A stretch of 64,000 bases of DNA from a virus. This document shows positions 26,997 to 37,482 of this stretch, piece by piece (the first letter of the stretch is position 1; every line of letters starts with the position of its first letter). The position numbers were made by a program, and so were the translations under genes. The stretch covers positions 1-64,000 of the IMG/VR virus record IMGVR_UViG_3300045993_000757; one strand, written 5' to 3'. The notes below the pieces were generated by a model that saw only the letters and a program-made list of their open reading frames with translations, ran no database searches and was not told the DNA's origin.

Positions 26997-29900
26997 AAAC
27001 CATTCCTCTGCTGGCGCTTCTCCTCATAACCGCAATCTCGGCAATGGGGCAGGGCGCGGCGAGGGTGGTGCCGACGCTCGCGCGGCTTCTTCAGATTAAT
27101 CCCTACGCGGTAGCCACGGGAGACGTCCTCGCCTACGAGGTCATCTCCCCGACCACGAGTACATCGTGGGGAGCCCCGCGAGTGGCCTTCTGGACTCCTG
27201 CCGCCACCCTCGCCCCGAACGGAACCAACGTGTTCCCCTCGCCCTTCGGCGGGCGCTGGGTGTTCATGGACAAGGACGACCCCATCCAGAATGCCTCCTG
27301 GTATGGATTCCCCAACCTGTACGCCATCGACAGCCACGGGAACCTGACGCTTGGGAATACCAACGTCGCCGGGAAGCTCTCCTCCCTGGATGCAGCCGTC
27401 CAGAACCGGGCCTTCCTCGTCCACTTCCACGACGCAGCCGACGTGAACTCTGGGCGGTTCACGGCCAACCGGCTGGGGAATGGAACGCCCACCACGAACA
27501 CCTTCCTCCGCGGTGACGGGGAATGGGCAATCATCACGACCAACGGAACGTCGATCGGCGCGGGCGGCTCGAGCATGACCGTCAAATCAGTCACCGTGAC
27601 GAACCTGACCGACAGTCCGGCACTGGGTTGGTCTATCGTCGGACAGGAGGCCTCGCCCTACATCCTCTCGGGAGCGCACATCACCAATGCGTTCCTCCCC
27701 GGGGCGACGGTGGGGAGCAGTCTGACCGCGCTCGATCTCGGAACGGACACGGGCCCATTCGGGCTGCTCTACGAGATGATGGGGAGAAGCGTGATCTCTG
27801 GGCGGGTGATCGCCATGGATGCCCCCAAAGCGCGGACAGTCCTGGACGCAGCCTGGGCCAAGCACACCCACACCAGCTTCCAAAACCTGACCATCCTGGA
27901 CCAGCTGTGGATCCAGTCCCTCAACGTCCTGACCAAGTTCAGCGAAGTAGACGTCAGCCTCACCCAACGCCAGGGCGCGAGCCCGTACTTAACGAACGTG
28001 GTCCAGGACACGCAGACGAACTTCTTCTTCGCCGGAGACAACCACGACTACCGGGCGGTGACCACGAATGCGATCCCGGGGCTGATCGGAGACCTGGCCA
28101 ACCTGGGGGCGCATCGGGTCTTCGTGAAGGGACTGGCCACAACGAACTTCGACGACATCGACCTCACTGTCGTCTCCGGGATTCGGGGATACACCAACGG
28201 CATTGGCTGGCGTGTGGTGAATGGAACCGCGACCCCTTTCATTAAGTCCAACGCGGTGCTGCACAACCCGCAGTTCGCTATCATCAACAGCCCCACCACG
28301 GTCAAGCAGCTGATGCAGCTTGGTGGCGTCACAAATCTTCACGTCCCCTATTTCAGTTCGACCCCGCCCATCGGCTCCGCGTCAGACACCAACACGATTC
28401 AGATGCGGTCTACGGACTTCGGCACGATTATCACCAACGCGAACCTGGCCTACATCACCAACGTCGTCCTGAGGACGGGCTCCGACATGACCGGGGACCT
28501 TAACCTCCTCGGAGGCGCGAATCTCTCGGTCGGTGGGAATACCACCAACCACGCCACGGTCGTGCTGGGAAACCTCACCGTCTCGGGAACGACCACGCTC
28601 TCGAACAATCTCTCAGCCCCCTCGATCACTCTCGGCGGCGCGACGCGCACGAGCTTCGACCAGCTTCAGACCGGCGACGTGATCCTCACGAACATCCTGG
28701 CGAATGCCTCAGGATCGAACTTCTGGGCCGGTGACCACACGTATAAGGCGATCACCACGAACATGATCCAGGGTCTGGTGGGCGACATCGCCGCAGCAGG
28801 GACCTATCGGGTGGCCGTGAAGGGGACGGTGATCACGAACATCGATGATGTTGGGGCGGGCGCAACGGCCAGCGTCGGATGGGTGATAACCAATGGCACG
28901 GCGACAGCGCGAGTGAAGGCTGGGGCGATCATTCGCACCCCACGGCTCGCGATCAACGATTACCCCGCTGGGGCCCAATCACTTCTCCTATCCGGAGGCG
29001 TCACGAATCTCGGCATCGCGTACTTCACCTCTCGTGGATCTGTCACGCCAGACGACGACAACCCGCTCACCATTCGGGCGACCGACCTCGGGACCATCAT
29101 CACCAACGCCGGCTTGGCCTACGGGGTCAACTACCTCCCCATCATCGGAGGCACGCTCACGGGACCTCTCACAGTCCCTAGCGTGACCGTGCAGGACTCC
29201 GCCACAGTGAACGGGGATCTCCTGGTCACTGGAGGCGCCGGGCTGCTTCATATTTACGCCGGAAGCATCCAGTTCACGGACACGAGCTTGGTCACCTCCT
29301 GGAACCAGGTGCAGGGCGGCTCTGTGATTCTGACGAACATCCAGGCGAACGCCGCCACGAATGCCTTCTGGGCGGGAGACCACGTCTACCGGGTGGTCAC
29401 GACCAACATGATTCCCGGGCTCAACGCCATGTTCGGACGGGACATTGACGGGAGCAACGTGGTGTCCGGCTACGTGCCCGTCGCACGGCTGGGCTCCGGA
29501 AGCCCCACCACGAACACGTTCCTGCGCGGGGACGGATCCTGGGCGGCCCTCACGACCAACGGCAGCGTTACCGCGGGGACGACCAACGCCATTTGGGTGA
29601 AGGGCAACTACGTCACCAACTTCCTCGACGGCCCGAACGTCTCCTTCGCGATCAGCGGGCAGCAGGCCTTCCCATACATTCCGATCGGCGCCTCGGTCAC
29701 CAACCTCAACTCCGTCGGAACGCTCACGAGCGCCGCCATCACCGCCAGCGGGGACATCACCGCCGCGTCGAGCACCCTCTCGGCGAACTCGGTGCAGGCG
29801 AACAGCCTGCTCACCAAGGCCTCCATCCACTCGGTGAACGACACGGCCTCTCCCTACCTCGCCTTCTTCGACAACGACCCCACGTCGCTCCAGCGCACGC

Positions 29901-32581
29901 TGTACGCCGTTCCCATGGCGGGCCTGTTCACGAACGTACCCAACCTCCAGGTCAAGGGGAGCCCGGTGACCAACCTCCTCGACACGGGCTCTCAGATTCA
30001 GTGGACCGTCACGGGGAAGACGGCCACGCCCAGCATCCGCTCCGGGGCGCATCTGACCAACATGATCGCCCAGACCCCGCTCATTGAAACCTCCGTGAAC
30101 AGGGCGGGCTTCGTCTCCACGCTCGGATCCTTCGGCGTCGAGAACACGTCGCTCCTCTTCGTCAACGGCATCACCGGAACGAACTCGGCGGCCTCCATGC
30201 AGGCGGTGGATCTGGGCACGATCGTGACCAACGTGGGGCTGGCCTACGCGACCAACTACGTGCCCAAGACGGGCGGCACGTACACGGGCAGTCTGATCCT
30301 CTCCAACGCAGCCAACCTCACCCTCTCGAGCGGGAACCTCCTGGTGGGCGGCAACGCCACGGTGACGAGCAACCTCACGGTCACCCAGAGCATCACCCTG
30401 GGATCGACCCGGACGAGCTTCGATCAGTTGCAGACCGGCAACCTCATCCTCACGAACGTCCTCGCGACCGTCGATCCTACGAACTTCTGGGCGGGTGACC
30501 ACACCTACCGGCCGGTGACGACCAACGCCATCCCCGGGCTCGTGCGTGATATCCTGAGCTTCCACCCCATGACGGTGGAGAGCCAGGTCGCGACGAACAT
30601 CTTCGATCCCATCGCGGCCACGAACAACATCGGGTGGACACTCTACGGGCAGCAGGCTCTCGCCTTCGTCAAACCGGGGAGCCGGCTGACCCAGAACGAG
30701 CTCATCCATCCCACCATGCAATCGACGGTCGATGCGGCCGGGTTCAACACGATCCTGACCACGGTGGGCGCGGCGAACACCTACATCCCGTTCTACCTGA
30801 CTGCCGCTCCGGGGATCTCGGCGAACCCCCTGGAGGCCGTGGACCTTGCCAGCGTGGTCTCTGGGCTGGGACTGGCCTACGCGGGCGACTACCTCCCCCT
30901 CACGGGTGGCGAGTTGTCAGGCGACCTGACGGTGCGGAGCTCACTCTACGTGACCGGGGATACGCTCCTGAATGGGAGCCTGGATGTCCCCGACATCTCG
31001 ACGTCGCTCATTCACTTCAATGACGGAACCTCCTTGAGCAGCATGAACCAGGTGCAGGGAGGATCCTCGATCCTGACCAACATCCAGGGCACAGCCGACC
31101 CGTCCTGGTTCTGGGCGGGCAACCACGTCTATAAGGCGGTGACGACCAACATGGTCCCGGGCTTGGTCGGGGACGTGGCCAACCTTCAGACCTCGATCAA
31201 CCGGCGACAGCTTGGAAGCCTCGTCCTGACGAACGTCTCCAACCTCACGGGGGGCACGTCCAACAACTTCTTCGCCGGGGACGGGGTGTTCAAGACGATC
31301 ACCACGAACATGATCCCCGGTTTGGTGCAGGACATTCTCAATGCCGCGGCTTTACCGGTTGGAGGCGGAGGAACGTGGACGAGCGTCGGGGTGAATGGGG
31401 AGTACCGGAACCAGTGGGATCTCGTGGATAGTCCCTCCATCGTGTGGGACAAGTCCGTCCCGCCACTCTTCGTCTACCAGACTCGCCCGATAATCAAACC
31501 GACTGGAGTGCTTCCGTTGCATCTCCATCCGACCACGGTCGCTTTGTTCGCGTTGGTTGATCATAATCACGTGGGTTTCAACGGAGAGCTCTGGCTCAGT
31601 GACTCGACCATAACCAGGCCCTCATTTACGACGGTCATAGGAAAGTCTGCGAGTGCGTCCTCTCTATACGGGACAGCATTAGGCGCTTCAGTCACCGTGA
31701 CGGGCACGGAAGGATCGAGCTTTGGGGCTGCTTCGGTAGTCACCGCAGCTCGAGGCACGGCGCTCGGGACGGCTGCATTGACGACCCACCCAGAAAGCAC
31801 GTCTGTCGGGTATGCCGCCGTGACGACTGCCGCAAATCAGATACGGCTTGGAAGAGAATCAGAGACAGTTTCCATACCTGGACTCTTGCAGATCGCCGGC
31901 ACCACGACCATCGGATCCACGAACGTCGCCCTAGCCATTGCCGGGAAGGCGGACCTGGGCCACGACCACCCGGCGTCGGCCATTGTTTCGGGAGTGATGG
32001 ATCCCGCTCGGCTGGCATCCTCGGGCACTCCAAGCGGATCCACATTTCTGCGCGGAGACCAGACGTGGTCGGTCCCATCTGGGAGTCCGTCCTTCGTGGC
32101 TTCAGGTGTAAGCGTTGGGGTAAACATCACTGGTTCTTTGCTCCTAGGAGTGCGTTCTGGAGAGACGCTCACGTTTGCAGCCAACACGCTCGCGAATAAA
32201 CTGATCCACGTTCAGGCGATGGGCACGTGGAGTACAGCGACGTCGAATTGGTCGGGTAACGAGATGAAGATCGTTATAGGGGGCTTCTCGTATAAGTACA
32301 CTACCGTCGAGACCGGATCCGAGGAGTTCACCAATGAGAACTGGAAGTTCGACGTTTTCATACCGGCAAGCCAAGTGTCCTCAACGTGGGGCACGTTCGA
32401 CAGGAGAACCGACAGGCCTAACGGAAGCGTACTCGGGTTCAAGACGTGGGTATCCGAGTCAGCTGCGGGGACGGGGAGCATCACGCTTACCAACCCAAAC
32501 ACTTTCGATTTGTATTTCACCAACGGGGCCCAGTCGATGAACGACGTAACCTGTACCCGAGTGGTAGTCACCATCCTCTGA
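26993..32581 (+). CDS. giant repetitive tail fibre/adhesin with Sec signal peptide (1862 aa)
   Basis: MKTIPLLALLLITAISAMG-Q; TFLRGDG and NFWAGDHxY repeats; TGGxxTG motifs; YadA-head-like repeats near the C-terminus. Confidence 0.8.
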   Translation: MKTIPLLALLLITAISAMGQGAARVVPTLARLLQINPYAVATGDVLAYEVISPTTSTSWGAPRVAFWTPAATLAPNGTNVFPSPFGGRWVFMDKDDPIQNASWYGFPNLYAIDSHGNLTLGNTNVAGKLSSLDAAVQNRAFLVHFHDAADVNSGRFTANRLGNGTPTTNTFLRGDGEWAIITTNGTSIGAGGSSMTVKSVTVTNLTDSPALGWSIVGQEASPYILSGAHITNAFLPGATVGSSLTALDLGTDTGPFGLLYEMMGRSVISGRVIAMDAPKARTVLDAAWAKHTHTSFQNLTILDQLWIQSLNVLTKFSEVDVSLTQRQGASPYLTNVVQDTQTNFFFAGDNHDYRAVTTNAIPGLIGDLANLGAHRVFVKGLATTNFDDIDLTVVSGIRGYTNGIGWRVVNGTATPFIKSNAVLHNPQFAIINSPTTVKQLMQLGGVTNLHVPYFSSTPPIGSASDTNTIQMRSTDFGTIITNANLAYITNVVLRTGSDMTGDLNLLGGANLSVGGNTTNHATVVLGNLTVSGTTTLSNNLSAPSITLGGATRTSFDQLQTGDVILTNILANASGSNFWAGDHTYKAITTNMIQGLVGDIAAAGTYRVAVKGTVITNIDDVGAGATASVGWVITNGTATARVKAGAIIRTPRLAINDYPAGAQSLLLSGGVTNLGIAYFTSRGSVTPDDDNPLTIRATDLGTIITNAGLAYGVNYLPIIGGTLTGPLTVPSVTVQDSATVNGDLLVTGGAGLLHIYAGSIQFTDTSLVTSWNQVQGGSVILTNIQANAATNAFWAGDHVYRVVTTNMIPGLNAMFGRDIDGSNVVSGYVPVARLGSGSPTTNTFLRGDGSWAALTTNGSVTAGTTNAIWVKGNYVTNFLDGPNVSFAISGQQAFPYIPIGASVTNLNSVGTLTSAAITASGDITAASSTLSANSVQANSLLTKASIHSVNDTASPYLAFFDNDPTSLQRTLYAVPMAGLFTNVPNLQVKGSPVTNLLDTGSQIQWTVTGKTATPSIRSGAHLTNMIAQTPLIETSVNRAGFVSTLGSFGVENTSLLFVNGITGTNSAASMQAVDLGTIVTNVGLAYATNYVPKTGGTYTGSLILSNAANLTLSSGNLLVGGNATVTSNLTVTQSITLGSTRTSFDQLQTGNLILTNVLATVDPTNFWAGDHTYRPVTTNAIPGLVRDILSFHPMTVESQVATNIFDPIAATNNIGWTLYGQQALAFVKPGSRLTQNELIHPTMQSTVDAAGFNTILTTVGAANTYIPFYLTAAPGISANPLEAVDLASVVSGLGLAYAGDYLPLTGGELSGDLTVRSSLYVTGDTLLNGSLDVPDISTSLIHFNDGTSLSSMNQVQGGSSILTNIQGTADPSWFWAGNHVYKAVTTNMVPGLVGDVANLQTSINRRQLGSLVLTNVSNLTGGTSNNFFAGDGVFKTITTNMIPGLVQDILNAAALPVGGGGTWTSVGVNGEYRNQWDLVDSPSIVWDKSVPPLFVYQTRPIIKPTGVLPLHLHPTTVALFALVDHNHVGFNGELWLSDSTITRPSFTTVIGKSASASSLYGTALGASVTVTGTEGSSFGAASVVTAARGTALGTAALTTHPESTSVGYAAVTTAANQIRLGRESETVSIPGLLQIAGTTTIGSTNVALAIAGKADLGHDHPASAIVSGVMDPARLASSGTPSGSTFLRGDQTWSVPSGSPSFVASGVSVGVNITGSLLLGVRSGETLTFAANTLANKLIHVQAMGTWSTATSNWSGNEMKIVIGGFSYKYTTVETGSEEFTNENWKFDVFIPASQVSSTWGTFDRRTDRPNGSVLGFKTWVSESAAGTGSITLTNPNTFDLYFTNGAQSMNDVTCTRVVVTIL

Positions 32582-32585
32582 ACTC

Positions 32586-35500
32586 ATGAAGACGATCACC
32601 ATCATAATCCTGTCCCTGATTGGGATAGTCGGGAACGCAGCGCAGCGATTCACCCCCCTCGTCACCGCCGACAATGTCGGATCCCTGACGATCACAGTCC
32701 CCGTCACGGGACAATCCGTCGTCGTGCTGGGGCAGACCAATCCATTCGACGCGCCCCTGAGGATCGCCAAGAACTACCCAGCGGGCGTCTTCGTAGTCGA
32801 TGGCGTCACGAACCTGACCGCGATCGGAGACAGCGTGTGGCACCTCGTGCCGTTCAGCCTGATCAGCAACCCGAACCTTCTGGCCATCTACAGCCTGACC
32901 GGAGGGACCGCCTCGAACTTCTTCCGGGGTGACGGGGCGTTCCAGCAGGTCGGGACCAATGACATCCCCGGCCTCGCTCGGGACCTGGGCAACATCACGG
33001 CCTCCATCGGATCCTTCCAGCCCGTCTCAGGAGTCCTTTCCAACGCCGCGGCAGGAGGCTCACCCACGAACTTCTTCGCCGGGGACGGGGTCTACAAGCC
33101 GATCTCGACCAACTACATCGCGGGGCTCGTCTTGGACATGGGCAACCTCGCGCAGGCGATCCTGGCCCGCCAGCCGGCCTCGGTGGCGCTGTCGAACCTG
33201 ACGGCCAACCCCAGCCTCTACCAGAGCACCAACGTATTCCTGACGGGGATCAGTGCGGGTGGGGCCTCCACCAACTTCCTCGCCGGGGATGGGGCCTACA
33301 AGGCGCTCTCGACGAACTACGTCCAGGGCTTGGTGGGAGACGTGGCGAATCTCAACTCCGCGCTGTCCACACGTCAGGCTGGCTCCGTGGCTCTCTCGAA
33401 TCTCACGGCGAATCCAAACCTGTACCAGGCCAGCAACTCAGCACTGACCACAGTGGTAGCTGGCGGCACTTCCTCGAATTTCTTCCGCGGCGACAAGGTC
33501 TACGCCCAGGTCACCACCAACGACATACCCGGGCATACGGCTAACATGGCCAACCTCCAGACGTCGATCAGTGGTCGTCAGGCCGGGTCCACTGTCCTGA
33601 CCAACGTGGCCGCCCTCACCAGCGGAACCTCGTCCAACTTCCTGCGGGGCGATGGCGCATTCGCTCAGGTCACCACCAATAACCTTCCGGGCCACAACGC
33701 GGACATGGCCAACCTTCAGGTCGCCATCAATGCCCGGCAGGCCGGATCCACCGTCCTGACCAACGTCGCGGCTCTGACCAGTGGCACATCCTCGAACTTC
33801 CTGGCCGGGGATGGGACCTTCAAACAGGTCGTCACCAATGCGATCCCTGGCCTCGCCGGAGACCTTTCCAACATCAACGTGGTGGTCTCTCTCAAGCAGA
33901 TCGGCTCCGCAGCCCTGTCCAATCTCACGGCCAATCCGAATCTGTACCAGTCGAGCAACTCCACCCTGACGACTGTCGTCGCTGGGGGAACGAGCTCGAA
34001 CTTCTTCCGTGGAGACAAGACCTACGCGCAGGTCACGACCAACGACATCCCGGGGCACAACGCTGACATGGCAAGCCTCAACTCCTCGCTCGCCCTGACG
34101 CAGCTTGGATCCGCGGCGCTCTCGAACCTCACGGCGAACCCCAACCTATACCAGGCGAGCAACTCCGCACTGACCGACCTATCGATTGGCAACGGTTCCT
34201 CGCTAACGAACATCGGCAACGCCGGCACGAACTACGTGCTGAAGACAGGCGGCACGATGACGGGAACGCTGATTGCCACGGCGGTCAAGACAGCGGACCT
34301 CTTAGGGGGAACTTCGGTGAGCGGTGGAACGAACGTCCTGGAAGTAATGAATGGCACCGCTACGAACCACAACTCGATTGCGATTGGAGTGAATTCTAGC
34401 ACGGGTGCGTACACGAATACGATGGCTATAATGGGAGCACAGCCAAACGGGAATAACAGTTTCTGGGTTGGTGGCACAACAACCTACACCACCCTTTTAT
34501 CGGGGCCTGTCTATATGGCTGGAAGTTCCACTTTGATTTCTGCCGGTGCGATAAAGTTGGACGGTGGAACTCCTGGCAGCGGCGCGAGTCGATCATTTGC
34601 ATGGCGTGGACGGGCTACCAATAACGACGCCGCAGCCTTCGGCCAACTTGCCAGCACCGAGACATGGACCAACGCCGTCGCCCTTGGGAGTGAGAGCACG
34701 AACACGGCGAACAACCAGATCATGCTGGGATCGACCTATGACACGGTAGTCGCTCCGAATCTTCTTTCGGTGGGCACGATCTCAGGAAGCGGCGCGGGCC
34801 TCACGAACGTGGCGATGCGAGGGCTAGGGCAGCCCGAGGCAAGCGGGGTATCGTTCACTTCGGGAACTCGAGTTTCAGGAGCAGCACAATCGATTGGCAC
34901 GAATGCCTGGTCGGTATGGTCCAGGATAAAAGTTCCCATTTCAATTTGGTCAGGAACGCCAGAAAAGATTATTTGGAAGGCCAGCCAAGATGGCGTGGTA
35001 TTCGGAACCAACAGCCTGATGGTAGAGTTCCGAGCCGGCGATCTGCGTATTTACAAGCACAGTTCATCCGCTGGAGGAAATTACAGATTGGCCACGTGGA
35101 CTGGTCTCCGAACTCAATACGACAACCAGATCATAGACCTTGTAATAGTTAAGGGTTCCTATACGAATCCTCCATCGCTGTACGTAAATGGAACTAACAT
35201 AGCTTTCTCAACAGAGTCATCGACTGGTACGGCATCCGTTACTAACTGGGCAGAGCATGTGGCATGGGAGGGTTTCTCGGTGGGAGGAGGAGACCCCGCG
35301 TTGAGCGGTGGAACATATAACGGCACAATCTACAGAACGGCAGTATTCAACAGAGCACTATCCCAAGACGACGTTACTTCTTTGGTCAACAATGGAATAG
35401 CACCCGAGGATCAGTGGGGAAATTCTGACGCACCGATAATATCCCCAAATCCATCCAGGCTGAATGGCGGGTTCGAGACAAATAGTCTTAATTCCAGTGG

Positions 35501-37013
35501 AACCTGGGCTGCGGGTGGATCCACGGGAGGAGAATCAATATCTATAGATACGAGCGGGACCAACTCATACAGCGGATCAAACGCTGCCCAGTTCGTTTTC
35601 ACCTCATCCCAAGGCTCTTGGATCGCAGCGGATAATGCGTCCACAAATATATCCTTGGTTGGAAAAAGAAATCGAGCGTCCTATTGGATTAAACAATCTC
35701 AATCGTCCACAAATACGGCAGCCATATTCAAGCTGACCACCGCCGGGACAGCAACGCAGAGAGCGGTGTCAGGCGTCGTTACGACTAATTGGACACAGGT
35801 CTCAGCGGAGTATGTATCTGTCACAGCTGCCGTGTCCGAGGCTGTCTTCATAAGTTCTATGTCCGGTTCCCAAAATGGCACTTTCTTTGTGGATGATGTC
35901 GAGATTGTCCGCATCGGAGCCATCCTCGATCTAGACTTCACGGGCGGATACGGAACCACAGTTCCGGACCGATCGAGCAACCTGCTCATCGCGACAAATT
36001 ACGGCGGGGTGAGCTACACGCTGCCAACGAGAGCTGTGTACCTCCCAACGGTAGTATCGGCTTCCGGAAGCATTACAGTATCTTCCAATGTGGCTGCGGC
36101 GACGGCAACCCTCGGATCGCTTACCCTCACGAACGCTGCGACAGGGAGCGGAACTTTCCCACAAATCTGGTACTACACAAACTCCCAGACCGCCACGTGG
36201 ACGAATCCGCCCGGCGCTCGACTCATCGAGGTTTTCGCTTGGGGTTCGGGTGGTGGAGGAGGTTCTGGACGGCGCGGACTCACGAACACGATTCGCACGG
36301 GTGGCGCGGGTGGCGCGAGCGGAAATTACTCCTACGCTTTCTTCCTTCCTGCGGACCTAACGTCAACGGTCGGGGTTACCAACGGAGCGCACGGCGTGGG
36401 GGGTGCCGCTCAATCGACGGCGAGTTCAAACGGAAGTGCTGGTACTGCTGGCGGAATCACTTCATTCGGGAATTACTGCGCGGCATCGGGTGGTGGTGGT
36501 GGTGCGGCGGGAAACACCACAACAACGGCTGGTGGAGCTGCTAGTACGGTGTTCCTACTAACCATCGGAGGTACTGGCGGCGACGCATCGGCAACGGGAG
36601 GAAACGGAAGCGCTGCCTCGTACCAAGGGCTTGTCCATCATTTGTTCGCTCAGGGCGGTGGAGGAGGTGGCGGAAACAGTGTCGCGAATGTGATCGGTAA
36701 CGGAGGAAACGGCGGAACCGGTGCGCGAATCAACATCCCGTCCGCGTTGAATGGTGTCGGCGGAACATCGGCGGGTCAGGCCGGTACTGCTGGCGCGAGT
36801 TCTGGCAACAATTCCACATTTGCTGGTGGCAGCGGAGGCGGTGGAGCTGGTGGCGGGAATTCTGCGGCGGGTGGAGACGGTGGAAACGGAGGCTCTCACG
36901 GAGCGGGTGGTGGAGGAGGAGGAGCAGGTACGGATGCAACTGGTGTGACCGGAGGTGCATCAGGCAAGGGAGGAGACGGAGCAGACGGACTGTTAATCAT
37001 CATCGCAAGGTAA
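32586..37013 (+). CDS. second fibre with Sec signal peptide; LamG-like, CBM-like and Gly-rich domains (1475 aa)
   Basis: MKTITIIILSLIGIVGNA-A; NFxxGD repeats; LYVNG...FNRALS; NGGFE...VDDVEI; WGSGGGGGSG...GGDGADG. Confidence 0.8.
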   Translation: MKTITIIILSLIGIVGNAAQRFTPLVTADNVGSLTITVPVTGQSVVVLGQTNPFDAPLRIAKNYPAGVFVVDGVTNLTAIGDSVWHLVPFSLISNPNLLAIYSLTGGTASNFFRGDGAFQQVGTNDIPGLARDLGNITASIGSFQPVSGVLSNAAAGGSPTNFFAGDGVYKPISTNYIAGLVLDMGNLAQAILARQPASVALSNLTANPSLYQSTNVFLTGISAGGASTNFLAGDGAYKALSTNYVQGLVGDVANLNSALSTRQAGSVALSNLTANPNLYQASNSALTTVVAGGTSSNFFRGDKVYAQVTTNDIPGHTANMANLQTSISGRQAGSTVLTNVAALTSGTSSNFLRGDGAFAQVTTNNLPGHNADMANLQVAINARQAGSTVLTNVAALTSGTSSNFLAGDGTFKQVVTNAIPGLAGDLSNINVVVSLKQIGSAALSNLTANPNLYQSSNSTLTTVVAGGTSSNFFRGDKTYAQVTTNDIPGHNADMASLNSSLALTQLGSAALSNLTANPNLYQASNSALTDLSIGNGSSLTNIGNAGTNYVLKTGGTMTGTLIATAVKTADLLGGTSVSGGTNVLEVMNGTATNHNSIAIGVNSSTGAYTNTMAIMGAQPNGNNSFWVGGTTTYTTLLSGPVYMAGSSTLISAGAIKLDGGTPGSGASRSFAWRGRATNNDAAAFGQLASTETWTNAVALGSESTNTANNQIMLGSTYDTVVAPNLLSVGTISGSGAGLTNVAMRGLGQPEASGVSFTSGTRVSGAAQSIGTNAWSVWSRIKVPISIWSGTPEKIIWKASQDGVVFGTNSLMVEFRAGDLRIYKHSSSAGGNYRLATWTGLRTQYDNQIIDLVIVKGSYTNPPSLYVNGTNIAFSTESSTGTASVTNWAEHVAWEGFSVGGGDPALSGGTYNGTIYRTAVFNRALSQDDVTSLVNNGIAPEDQWGNSDAPIISPNPSRLNGGFETNSLNSSGTWAAGGSTGGESISIDTSGTNSYSGSNAAQFVFTSSQGSWIAADNASTNISLVGKRNRASYWIKQSQSSTNTAAIFKLTTAGTATQRAVSGVVTTNWTQVSAEYVSVTAAVSEAVFISSMSGSQNGTFFVDDVEIVRIGAILDLDFTGGYGTTVPDRSSNLLIATNYGGVSYTLPTRAVYLPTVVSASGSITVSSNVAAATATLGSLTLTNAATGSGTFPQIWYYTNSQTATWTNPPGARLIEVFAWGSGGGGGSGRRGLTNTIRTGGAGGASGNYSYAFFLPADLTSTVGVTNGAHGVGGAAQSTASSNGSAGTAGGITSFGNYCAASGGGGGAAGNTTTTAGGAASTVFLLTIGGTGGDASATGGNGSAASYQGLVHHLFAQGGGGGGGNSVANVIGNGGNGGTGARINIPSALNGVGGTSAGQAGTAGASSGNNSTFAGGSGGGGAGGGNSAAGGDGGNGGSHGAGGGGGGAGTDATGVTGGASGKGGDGADGLLIIIAR

Positions 37014-37018
37014 AAATT

Positions 37019-37480
37019 ATGCCAATCCAAGCACTCTCACTATACACGGACAAGCAACTCATCGGGCTCTCGACGGACCAACTCGCCGAGTCGATCCGAC
37101 TTCAGGCTGCTCTCCAAGGGATTCAACCTCCTACGGAGGTATTTGTCATCGACCCCCATCCGGTTGGCTACTTGCTTAAGGGCGAGGCAACCAGGGCCGC
37201 GGTTAACATCCTGGGCATCACCCAGGAATACAATGGCGACCTCACGGCAGATGGCCCCGTTGCCACCGTGACCAGTCGGTTTCTGAGGCCCGCAGATCCG
37301 GATGCGTTCAACGCGATTCGTGACGCCGGCCTCGCCCGGTTCGCCGAGGCGCAGATCAGCGTTCCAGCGGGTAACAAGCTCATCGTGAAGCGTGATGCCT
37401 ACCTTGCGCTGGCGGGCGGGGATGTTGCCAAGGCTCAGGCGTTCTGGGCGCTGGGAGAGTCGAAACCTTGGCCCCCCTGA
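37019..37480 (+). CDS. hypothetical protein (possible fibre chaperone)
   Basis: Directly follows the fibre gene. Confidence 0.65.
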   Translation: MPIQALSLYTDKQLIGLSTDQLAESIRLQAALQGIQPPTEVFVIDPHPVGYLLKGEATRAAVNILGITQEYNGDLTADGPVATVTSRFLRPADPDAFNAIRDAGLARFAEAQISVPAGNKLIVKRDAYLALAGGDVAKAQAFWALGESKPWPP

Positions 37481-37482
37481 CG

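Noticed and set aside
28988-30721. 577-aa antisense ORF inside the first fibre gene
   Set aside because: Antisense shadow of a repetitive high-GC3 gene
26993-37013. Trimeric autotransporter or diversity-generating retroelement explanation for the fibres
   Set aside because: YadA-head-like repeats are present but there is no C-terminal anchor barrel; no reverse transcriptase or template/variable repeat pair was seen
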